A stretch of 64,000 nt of DNA from Klebsormidium nitens (Eukaryota > Plantae > Klebsormidiophyceae): NCBI GenBank assembly GCA_000708835.1, contig DF237034.1, positions 160,722-224,721 of the forward strand. The letters run 5' to 3'. Under the pieces are notes generated by a model that had not been told where the DNA came from, did no database searches, and saw only the letters and a list, made by a program, of their open reading frames with translations. This document shows, one piece after another, positions 53,059 to 64,000 of the stretch (position 1 is its first letter; each line of letters opens with the position of its first letter). The position numbers were made by a program, and so were the translations under genes.

Positions 53059-54310
53059 AGTTGATTGTCGATAGGAACTTGTAGACCTACTCGCTACAAT
53101 ATCATACCGATTTGAAGGTGCCAAACTGTTGGTTATGTTCAGAGCCGTTGATAAGGCGACAACAATTAATGATGACTTGAATTGCGGCTCAGGCTGCAAG
53201 TCGCACAGTACTACAGTAGACATACTAGGAGAGCTAAGAGTCGAGTTGGTCGTCTGTTTCAATGACTCAGTGCCAGATCCGGCCCCATGTGCCAGTACAG
53301 CTTCCATGCACGCCGCCCACTATGTCATGGCATATGTTGGCTTGAATTTTTACTTGTTTAATGCATGACCGGCTAAAGATAGGCCTTCATATGGTGGCTT
53401 GTGAAGAGGCCTTCTGTTGTGGCAGAATTCGCACGGATGGCTTTCTTTCCGTAATACATGTGCTAATGACTTCATTTTGATTAGACTTTTATGCCAGGTC
53501 TGCATCCACGTCGAAGCGCGGCCGCGGGCTAGCTGCGCATCGATCTGCGCCATGAGACACATGATGTGTGCATATCCGTTATTTTTAGTCACTAACTTTG
53601 TGAGTCCATACATATGCCGGATGTTTCGATCAGCAATTCTTCCAGTGTCGCCCTTCAATACATTCAATGACATGGTGCACGCAGCCAGGTCGATCAGCCT
53701 TACGTACAATCTTACTGTTCATTGCATGGGATCACTGCATGGACTATAGGTATATCATGCATGCGCGAGGTTATATGGTCATGTATGCCAGCAGATGCGA
53801 TTGCAATGGATCATTGAATCCAGATTGCATATACATCCATGATCACGTACGGCCCGGGCGGGCGGCTGCAGCCGGGTGCCCATGTCAACGGAAGCGAGCT
53901 GCAGCCGGGCAGTCTCATTTAAAATTTGATGAGTCTGATTTAGGCTTAGCTAGCATATCAGAAAGCGAAATGAAGCTTAGCAAACGGTTACAGGTCGATC
54001 AACTTCAGAAATATTTATTCATACATCGACAAGAACATCTTCATTCACATCGAGTATTTCCGACCGGGAAGTCCGACAATTGCAGTCGCAATTGATTGGC
54101 CGGAAGCGTGCAAGGTGCCGCCAACCCGGCAGACTCTGTCATAAACCAAACCACTCAAGAGTTGTGATCGAGAAGCTCAAGAGGACACGCTTCATGTTTG
54201 GAGAGTTGATACTGAGCATCAATCACTTTCCACATCTATATAACAGTGCTCAGGGTGCACAACAATATGGTCCATCGCCTCCGCACGTCTTACAGTCAAC
54301 CTTAGTCTGG

Positions 54311-57300
54311 TCATCCACTGTCTGCTTTATTGTACTTGCGTTTCTTAGTTTGCCCGCCCTGCTTCCGGTTCTTCTCTGCCCGCTGCTTCTCTTGAGCTAC
54401 GTTGTACACCCCTACGGCCTGCAACCAGAACCAAGAATGCACATCAGTACAAAACCTCTCGACGTTCGGTTGCGGACTGAGCAACGTAATAGCCAAGACT
54501 GCGGAAAGAACGCAAACGAAGGACGTCGACTGGGGTACTGCAAGACTCACGATGGCTTCAGACACGATCGAGTCGGTAAGGAGCTCACCCTGTCCGTGTC
54601 GAAGATGTCGTCGTTGTGCTTGGCCATGACCTTCCCTAGGACACTCATCGTCTGCCTCCGCTCATTTGCTGTGTCCTCGACCGGGAGGAACTGAGTAAAA
54701 GGAAAACGTATAAGTTAGTCATCAGCAAGGCCGTCGAAGCATTCGTGACCAAGTTCGAAGAGATAATCATTCCTCCCACTTCAATATCTTCAAGCTTGCT
54801 CTCAGTTCTCGCCATCTGTTCACTGGCTGCAGACCGTCCGCTAGTGGTACAAAAAATGAAGAACGATTCGTAAACTGCCTCGTGGTTTGAGCTTCAAGCC
54901 TGGCAATCTTCGCACCCAGAGAAACTCGAAAAGTCGGCCTTCTCTGACCTGGGACTCACATTTGGTGCACATTCTCCTCTAAGTCCAGTGTAAAAGAGCT
55001 CCACAAAGAGGGCAAGGCAAACGGGAGGTTAATATAAGGGACGCTAGAACGGGACTTCCCACCTTCCTCTTTTTGCCCTTGTTTTTTATTGGCTTTTCGC
55101 CCGGCCGTTTCGTATCGAACTTGCCGATAGACGCTGTGGCGACCCCTGCCTGCCCCACCGCCTCCTGGAGGTCGCCCTTGTCAACTTTCCGCCGATCATG
55201 CTTGGAGCCCCCGGATGTGGCCAAGTTCGTTGCAGCGAGCGCTATCGTGCTGCACACAAAAATAGAGCCTTTGATTTCCATCGCAACGAAGCGGATGAGG
55301 ATAGGGCACGAGACAAGTCTCAACGGTTCATCTACCAAGCTTTGCGCAACTTCTAGATCTTGCCTCGGGCTGTAACAATTAGCGGCTTGGACCCCCTGAA
55401 AACCAGAAAGTAGAAGAAAACAGCATTTACGTCTTAGGTTTCCGGCTACAGGTACCCAGTGCTCCCCCTGTCAAGTTGCAAAACGGTTGTGCTCATGAGC
55501 GGGCTAAAGTTCCAAAACGGTTGTGCTCATGAGCTGGCTACAACAATGAGCGGTTTGAAACCCCTCAAGAAGAAGAACCAAAAATACAAAGTAGAAACAA
55601 AGAAGCATTTCCGTCTCAAATCCTCTGTCTGATGTTACTCAAATTACCAGCATTCAAACTCCAAAGGAGATTGTGCTCATTCGAAAAAGTTCGGTGAACT
55701 CTATTGCTGTTGCCCGTCCCCAGATTCGAGCTCGTCCTGGTCCTTCAAGACACACCGTGTCTGCCTTCTCCAAGTTTTCCTTGGTGACCGCTTTAAAGTT
55801 TCCTTCCCCGCAAGACGAACCAGATGCAATACTTTAATCCTATCAAGACCGTCAAGACAGCTAATCTACACTTCTTTCTCTGTTGTCAAGACCTCGAACC
55901 TGCTGACAAGCCCACAGTTTGGCATCTGCAGAGTAGGGGGTGGGCCTCACCTGGGCAGGACAGCGGGGCCCCTAGCCTTGACCGCCTGCTTCAAGTTTTG
56001 CAGCCGGTTCTTCTCCTGCTTCGCAATGCGCTCCTTCTTGTTCGCTGCCAGCTCCTCAAACGGATCACTGCCCACCTCTGCACCAGCGCAACAGCAGTAC
56101 TGACCTCAGGAGAAGTCCCCAGTGGTTCAAGCAAGACAAGCATCCGAAGTAACTCCACTTTCCCCAGGAATGGTTCCTGGAAAATCTATTTGCGCTGGAA
56201 AGTTGCATCAATACGAAAGCTGCGGTGCAAGGTAGGCAGACAACATCGATGACCAAAGCAGGCAAGGTGGAGGAACCAAGCAGAACAAGCAATTCTTGCA
56301 GTGCCCACTAGGTGCAAAGGGCTAAATAATGAACGGATCTTCTTCTGCCACTAAGGGCGAATGGACATTCTGCAACCGTCCAGGCAATTGTACTTCCTTA
56401 TTCCATAGATATTGGTTCTCCCAGGAATCTAACTTTGGAAGGTAAGACTGTCGACTCATACGAGAAGTCAGAACTTTACAACTGAAACACTTTCTAGCCT
56501 TTCATAGACTCCGGAAACAGCTGTACACAGGGCGCAGGGAGCCCTCACCGTCCGAGGCGCGTGCCTCTAGGATGACCTGGTCCGCCTCGTTGTTGGCGCG
56601 CTGGTAGCCGTGCCGCCGCTTGTACTCGCCCGTGGCCTCGTCCAGCACCAGCCGGCTGCGCTTCTTCTTCACAATGCCCTTGGTCTGCGCAAACTTCTCC
56701 CATTTGGTGGGAGGGCGTGGCTTCGGCAACTGCACACAAGAGCAAGGGGCGTGAGCATCGGTCCTGCGTATCTTGTTGCACCAGGCTGCTCCATCCCTTG
56801 CATGACCAAGGCTGCTTCAAGGAAGCAGCTTTGAGATCTTTTCGTGGTTGCACATGGCATGGCCACATCTCAGCCTCAGCACCACCAGAAACCTCTGGAT
56901 GCAAGTTCGAGTGTGCCCGTATGCCCGCCTGCCCATCAAGGACAACTTCCGTGTCCAACAGGAAGCAATCGGCAAGCCGCACCGGCTTTTCTCTAGGCAA
57001 AGGGGTGGTGGGAGGTGGGAGATCGACGAGGCGGCCTGCTTTGTCGGGGCGCGATGGCAGGGAGAACACGGCGTTGGCCAGCGCCTGCAGCACGTCCCGC
57101 CCCACCCGCAGACAAGCAGCGTCTGCATCTTCCCTACATCACAAGTAATTTGAGGATTAGGTCCAGAATACCCCGTCCAGCTCAGAGGCAGTGAATATTT
57201 GGCATATGAGCGCAAAGTGGGGCAGCTGGGCCTCTGCTTGCACCACTCCCTGGATTGCGCCCCAAGCACCTGCTCAAATGACACCTGGTAGCTGTCAAAC

Positions 57301-57855
57301 AAGAGGGCAAGTGTGGTGAGAGACTCATGCCCGTAGGGCATTCAAGTCATCAAAAGGTGGAGCAGATGAGATACAGATACGGGGCAAAACTTTGAGAATG
57401 CTAGGCCCTTCCTTGGTTGCAGCTCTTCCAAAAGCCTGACCTTCGGCTCACAGAAGCGGTTCAAACAGCAACTATCAGCAGACCACAGTGATAGCTGTCA
57501 ACTTGAATCACGAACTGTACCACCTGGTTGTGGGGCAGCCATTACCAGAATGTTCACAAAGGCTTATAATCAGCAGCTTGAAGTCTTGAGCAATATAAAA
57601 GACAATCTGCCCTCGCAACACTACTATCTTAAGCAAAGACCCGGCAGTCTTTAAGTCAAAGTACACTCAACCTCTGCCTGCAAGAAGGTGCGCTTACTCT
57701 GTCCTAAAGTCTTCCACATTGAGCGGCCGTGGGTCAAACGCAGCCAGATTTCCAATGTCTACGTCTAGTGCAGAGGGAAGCACCGCGTCCGATGGCTGTG
57801 AAACTTCCCCGTCCGGCTTTCCATGCCCAGCGTGATCCAGAACAGCAGCCGCCAT
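54311..57855 (-). CDS. RRS1: Ribosome biogenesis regulatory protein RRS1
   Basis: The ATG is at 57855 (MAAAVLDH...[12 protein letters not shown]). Motifs are [16 protein letters not shown]...[13 protein letters not shown]|[68 protein letters not shown] and [17 protein letters not shown]. The tail is basic; stop at 54311. Confidence 0.94.
55473..55540. repeat. Intronic 34-bp tandem duplication in RRS1
   Basis: aagtt(g/c)caaaacggttgtgctcatgagc(g/t)ggcta occurs twice, starting at 55473 and 55507. Confidence 0.9.
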
Positions 57856-58542
57856 TGCTAGGAAGCGCTTTCAAAGCAACACTGAATTCGAATTTCGTGC
57901 AATTGGTGTAGTGACCAAGAAACAGAAAAGTCCGAAAATGGTAATTCCTACCTATGCACGTACAGGCTCGGAACTTTGTCAAATTCTGAACCCTAAATCT
58001 AAAACGGTGCGCCGGCCATTGAAACGGGTCACCAGATGCCTACAGTATCTTGACACCACAAACCACTTAAGAGATTTGACAAGGTAGCCTCAGTACTTTT
58101 GTGGTGTACAATTTTCCTCTTTTGATCTTTGGAGCGTGAGCGATAACGGGATGGACCGGCATTTTCAGACCTGGATGCTGGGCTGGGATAAAAACCCGCG
58201 GTCGTCGGATGACTGGCGAACTCTGCGCTGCACGGTTGCACCCGAAATTCGAACAGATCTCAGCTCTTTCTTGACCAGAGCCTGAGGCTTCCTTGCGACT
58301 CTGTCTTGAGAAGAAACGCTTCTTCGCTTCAATCCTTCATTGAATCATTGCTCCCGGAGAGGTTTGCTACTGGCAGTTGGGGCTAGCTTTTGTAAGACAC
58401 CAGAACATTGTCGTGGACTCGGAGGGCTCCGCCCCCAAAAGTTGGCGCAAATTCTCAAAGTGGTTGCAGTGGGCAATCGGTGACTCTTATTGTGAGTCTA
58501 GGACGCATATCTTTCCCCTGGATCTGCGTTGTACGGCTGCAG

Positions 58543-59981
58543 ATGGCTGGCGCTTTGAAGGTCCTCCGACATGTGTACGATCGTATCCGCGGCCAAGGCA
58601 TCAAAGAGACTTTTGTTAAGGCCAAGGATCAGGGGTTTATCAACAGCCTGCTGGATGGCAATCTGTTTGAAACCAAAGTTCTGAAGGGCGAGGGCAAGTT
58701 GGTGGGCGAGGACAAGCTAGGGAACAAGGTGAACTTGTTGCTTTGATTGCCGCAAAATATTTTATTGTTCCTAAAACCTTCAGAATAGGGTTGCTGCCAC
58801 CCACTCGCCCGCTACGTTTAGAGAATTCTGTCGATGACTCTGCCAGGTTCCGACGCAGCTGTTTCACCTTGTAATGCAGATTACATGATTGACAGCTTGT
58901 TCTTGGGGGATATCTGACTGGGCATCGCCTTGCCAAGTGCCACAGCACTCGATGTGCAAGCACATCTGATTAGCATTCATTTACGCACTTGGGTCCGTAT
59001 TGCAGCACTTGTTGTGCTTATCCTGTTATACTCCGCAACATCCCTGTCAAGGTGGCTTTGATCAATCAAAGCATCGGGCCAGAATTCTGGATTGATTGCT
59101 GACTGTCTTTTGACGCAACCCCAGCATGCGTTTCTCTGAGCGCTTGCCATACAGCACATTGTTTTGGTTAAATTTGCTGGCTGGATAGCTGCAAAGACGG
59201 TGCGTTGATATTCGTGTCGTTGGTTCTGGCTACACGGCAGTGGCAGGGCAATCTGTAGCAAAATCTGCTCGAGCCCTGTTCGAAATCGGGCCAGCTGAAT
59301 GCGCGCCAACCCTGCCTAGCGTTGCTTGCAGTACTATGAGCGGTTGACCGACACCCAGTTTGGACGGCACCGCTGGGTGGAGTACAAGGACAACACCTCG
59401 TACAATGCATCGACGGTGCCCCCTGAATGGCATGGCTGGTTGCACTACATCACAGACTACACGCCATCAGAGATCCAAGCCTTCACAGTGAGCGGCGTTG
59501 ACCAAACACGGGATGAAGTTTCTTAAGTGACTGACGCACCTTAATCCAGGAGCGTAAGACGACGACGGTCCAGGGGAAGGCTACAGATCGTTCTGTATTA
59601 AAATGCTGGAAGAGCCTCCCAAAATCCCCTGTCTTTGCCCCATCCCATCATCCGAGTTTGCTTCCTTTGTTCAATTGGCCCCCGTCTTGTTGTGCGCAGC
59701 CCTTCTATTCCAAGGAGCACAAAGCCAACCAGACCGGAAAGGGCGCAGAGCACATCTACCACCCTAAGGGCCACTTCCAAGCCAAGGACGACAAGCGGAC
59801 ACGATGGCAGCGGTGCGTAACCCGAGCTCAACTTGTCCTTGACGGCCACACTCCTGCCCTTCATTGGTGAAAATGAAACTTGAGTACTGCTGTTATCGCT
59901 TTTCTTGGCCATCGTGTGAGTATTTCAGGCGCTCATGTTGTGCTTTACCTGTGCAGCGTTGAGCCCTGGAAGCCAACATAG
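58543..59981 (+). CDS. NDUFA12: NADH:ubiquinone oxidoreductase subunit NDUFA12 (B17.2)
   Basis: The exons give [12 protein letters not shown]|[19 protein letters not shown]...[39 protein letters not shown] and R|VEPWKPT*. The ATG directly follows a CTGCAG acceptor, which suggests a 5'UTR intron. Confidence 0.95.
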
Positions 59982-61577
59982 CCGATGTAGTGCTTCCGCT
60001 TACCGTGACGTCACACATTGCCTTGCACAATAAGGTTGACGCACCACCCTGTAAAGCCTGCTTCGGTGCAAAGCCTTCAACATAGAGGTCCAACCCGAAG
60101 ATCCTGCGAAATGAACATCGATTATCGAAATCGCCTCTGTAAGAACCATCACTTCGATTATGTTTAAGACGAGCCTCACTTGCAATTTCCTGCCAGAAGA
60201 AGCCTCCTGCACAGCTTCTTGAACAGCTAAGAGAACGGGATTGCCAGGCTTGTCGGATGTTCTTTACGTGGATCCAAGCAAGCTGTCAATTTGTCAGATC
60301 ATCTTGAATTCTCACTTCTTTTAGCTTGTTGAACTTACATTGAAGCACGCAGGATTGGTCCGTTGGCAGCTTTACTACGCCTTTAATATGCTCCATCTGC
60401 AGTGACACGTCTTGTGAGTTGTGAATTAGAGCTAGTCATGACCCTCGGATTGACAATCGTGTGTTCTGGTTTAAGACCATCTATTGACGAGCAACTTGGC
60501 AAGCTGATCCAGTACAAACACTGGATCACTGGCTGCATGTACGTCGGGCGGCCGGCATGATCGGATATGGTACAGAAACTATACTGCGGCCTTCAATGCT
60601 ATCATGCGGCTGGCAGCATTGAATCTGATTGTTGTGCCTAACTCAGCCGCTGCGCTGTTGAAAATGATGTTTGATATAAGTTCTCTTCTCAAACGCCGTA
60701 ACCACATGGGCAGTGAATGATGGGAATCGATGTTCAAGTTTTGATCATCTATCGTGATCCATGCGATCAACCATCGAATTTGAACGATCCCCCGGAATTC
60801 CTTGATTCAATTGGATTGCCACAAATTGGTGACTTTAGCGCCTAGCTCACCATCCACTTAATTGTCGGAGTGTGCACCACAGCCGCATCGCCCGGAAAAC
60901 CCAGAATATTTTTCATGACAATTCAGTTCACTGCATCCACAACGTACTCCAAGCTGCATCATATACCTATGGCACTGCCGCCAGGCAATCTCAAGCGTGA
61001 ATTACAGCTGTAGTCGGAGTGACGGTACTGCCTATGATGTGCCGCATGATCGTACACTCAATCTACCGACTTCCAAGCCAGATACGCTCATGCACTCCAC
61101 ATTGCGGGGAGCTCTCAGTGTGCTAGCGAGTTGATGTGCCAAGCTGCCAGACCAAGACGCAGATATGCAGCCTATGTTTTGAACGGGCCGCACTGAAATG
61201 ATGCCATGTTGCAACCAATTAACACTGTTAGGTTGTTCAACCAGAACTCTGTACAAGTGAGGGTCCGTCTCTAGATGAAGGAATGGAGGTTGACATCTTT
61301 CGTGCCCAAGGGCACACCCAGGCCATCTCGGTTTATGTTCTCACGCCCTCAGTCGGTGCATTAGGGAACCCGAACTCGTCAACCTGCCCACCGATGTCGG
61401 AGGTCATACACGCTGTCAGAACAGGGCTCATAATGTCAGAAGACTTTCGCCAAATCCTTCGACGAGAACAAAGCATTCTGGAAAGACGCCGATTTTGGGG
61501 AAGTCAGAGTCCAAATACCGTCTTTGTCACAACAAAGCGCTGCTGCCGTGCAAGACCAGTCTCGCTTGCAATTCCGT

Positions 61578-63761
61578 TCATGAGGGGCGGGCATATACAC
61601 CCACCTGTGGCCGTTCTGTTGTCGGCTGCGCGGGTCGGCCGGTTGGCGCGGCAGGCAGGCTTGCAAACGGATCCCCCCCTCCTTCCGACAAAGCATCTGG
61701 TTCTCTTTCTGGGGCGAGGTACGAAGGCACGGACTCACCAGCCTCCTCCCCCATGTCCATCTCTAAAGCGTCCAGCTCTGAACAAAAGAAATGCGGCCTC
61801 GGTATCCTGGATGCCATGAATAGACAAGGAGGGAGGCAACTAGGGGCAGAGACTGGACTCCAAAAATCTCACTTCCACAAGATAGATATCTTGCTACTCG
61901 GTCAGAGAAGCCCATGCCGGGCTGCTTCAAAGCTGCCACTTCGAACTTCGAACACACAGACCACAAAACAGTAAGGCGCGGCAACAACAGGTGAGAAGAC
62001 GTCTTGACAAATCTATCTGTTAGCCTTTGGATCAAGACTGGCCCACAGATACAAATTGCCCTTACCTCCCATTAGGTCGCCCTCATCAATGTCGTCCGGA
62101 ACGCCGTAGCTTCGTCCCATGGCGTCTTGAATTTCGGTGCTGTAGTCCATAAGATCCATCATGTCGTCTTGCAATGACTGCAGAAAGACACGCATGATTT
62201 AAGGTAAACATGGGAAGAATAAGAAGGCTTGTCGTGAGACGTTTTGCGCCGTAAACCTTAAGTTCAATTGCGATGTTCGAATGAGCGACTCTGACGCAAG
62301 TGGCAAACTCCAACAGAAGTGGTCGTTTCCAAACTTTGAATACAAGCACATGCGGAAATACCACAGCCTCAGAAACGAACCCCCACAAAGAGGACAGGCA
62401 TTGCAACTGCCAGAATCGACCCACCTCGACGTCCTCAATTTTCATGGTCTTGTATGTCTGCTTCAGCTCCTTGTTCGCAGTCTTCATGGCCGCCATCTGA
62501 AACAACCAGATGCCCGTCAGTAAGGCTCCCGAAATCTTGGAAATTCTGCTTCTTAACTAGCAGGATCCTGAGAGGACCACTTGGACGGCAACCAGAGCAT
62601 CGGTGTTCTCCAAGCATGCCAAACGTAAGGTACCCAGGCCAGATGCCTTCGGACGGAATAGAAGCATGCAAAGGTCCCCTCAGCCTACGACATTGGTTAT
62701 GCCCACAATCAAGCGAGACAGGCAGCTGAACAAGCTGAGGAACAGCAAAACGGACAATAAATAAACGATTCAACTCACCGTTTGCTGAGCATCTTTTAGA
62801 CCTGAATGCGCAAAGGAGACTTGCTCAAGATTGAATGTCTGGTTGTATAGATTGTCTCGCTGTCCCTCCAACCTGGCAGAACATACACTCACTGTTTGAG
62901 CTGCTGTCCATGGCGGTTCTACACCACATCAAGGACCATAAGCAACACGAGGGGGGAAATGCGGATTCACCTCCGTGTAGCTTCAAGAGGTGATCGACAA
63001 ACTTTTCAGATTTCGTTAGCTTGATAGTAGGGGACGCAACAATCAAGCACGTATGACACAACCAGGGAGCAGGCAGCCATATTCTGTACAAACTACTCCA
63101 AGAAGTACCCCACCTTTTCAGCTCCAGGGCAGCCGAAAGCTGCTTAATGAATTAGCAGTCTGGCGAGTATTCTCTCTTAGTAAGTGGCTTGGGGCATTAG
63201 CAGAAAGTTGTAGAGGCTACAATTTCTTATCACAAAAGCACACCATGTTGTTTGCAGATGCAATTCCAAAGTGCACCCGTAAACCCTAATTCTGAACTTG
63301 CTCCTAGTGCCTATCAGCAAGTTCGAGATTAGGGTTTGTAAGTGCGTTTTGCCAACCCACCAGAAGGGGTTGCGAAGCTGAAACTTGCATGGAGATGGAC
63401 TCACATCTTCTTCTGTTTTAAAACTCTCATTGCTCTCGCCTTGATTGCCTCCTGTGGTGGCCCTGGCCGTGTCCTCTTTATCTGGTCCCTGTACTTGACC
63501 AGCTCTGCCTCCAGCTTTCGAATCTTCTCATCGAGTACATCTCCGCGCTTGTTTATCTGCAAGAGACCATCATCCAACTCATTGCTGACATGTCAATCTA
63601 CATGATAATAAGCACATAAACAAAGATGGGTACACCAAAATGGGAAGCACAGCAATCCCCTGTAACCAGAGAAACAAGAAAAGGAGTCTCACTGTTTCTG
63701 TAGTCTCTTCAATTGTTGGGCCTGGTTTCACCTCCTTTTTGACACCAAACATGCGCTTCAT
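61578..63761 (-). CDS. VPS60: ESCRT-III Snf7-family protein VPS60/CHMP5
   Basis: The exons give MKRMFGVKKEVKPGPTIEE, INKRGDVLDEKIRKLEAELVKYRDQIKRTRPGPPQEAIKARAMRVLKQKK, EGQRDNLYNQTFNLEQVSF, MAAMKTANKELK, LQDDMMDLMD...IQDAMGRSYGVPDDIDE and ELDALE...VPSYL. The last exon boundary is less certain. Confidence 0.93.
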
Positions 63762-64000
63762 GGTGCCTTGCTTCTAGGAGATCACAAAACCCCCTTCTGG
63801 TCCTAGTGCAGATCTGTTGAAGGCGGTAAAACGAACCTCAAGGGATCCACTTCTGAGGACGTTTGGTATATCTTAGAAAAGCTTCTCCCAATTGTGTAGC
63901 GCCCGGCCCCGTTCGAAAGTGCAGTGCCCCTGTTGACTCTCGACTCAGAGTCAGAGTCAAGAGTGTGCCTGGAGCGGCGAGCCCCTGTCCACAGGCTAGT

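Noticed and set aside
52528-53307. 259-aa minus-strand ORF
   Set aside because: It is an antisense shadow of the last exon of the fucosyltransferase-like gene.
57988-57996. Telo-box-like GAACCCTAA in the RRS1/NDUFA12 promoter
   Set aside because: It is an imperfect match to AAACCCTA and too short to distinguish from chance, although telo-boxes are typical of plant ribosome-biogenesis promoters.

Overview
Eukaryotic nuclear DNA with GC-rich exons, many GT-AG introns and two N-gaps. The gene content (plant-type hexokinase, CYP20-3-like cyclophilin, fasciclin-like AGP, long-chain alcohol oxidase) points to a streptophyte green alga; Klebsormidium-like is my inference, not verified. I assembled 13 protein-coding genes by hand from the ORF track and splice sites. 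In order they encode a SUN-domain protein, a hypothetical tail-anchored protein, an ABCC transporter, a plant-conserved membrane protein, hexokinase, GrpE, an SLC35C2-like nucleotide-sugar transporter, a fasciclin-like AGP, long-chain alcohol oxidase, a plastid cyclophilin, a FUT8/GT23-like fucosyltransferase, RRS1, NDUFA12 and VPS60/CHMP5 (14 counting the low-confidence hypothetical). Most are arranged as alternating head-to-head and tail-to-tail pairs. There are two mobile elements: a 5'-truncated L1/Tx1-like LINE with poly(A) and a candidate TSD, and a 294-bp TA-flanked MITE. No tRNA, rRNA or CRISPR array was seen. The most interesting observations are a candidate U12 (minor spliceosome) intron, a tandem duplication of a splice acceptor, recurrent CATG-dense islands in intergenic spacers, the FUT8-like gene, and a 594-N gap that probably hides no sequence. 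I found no clear multi-gene novel system. Exon boundaries are manual and approximate.
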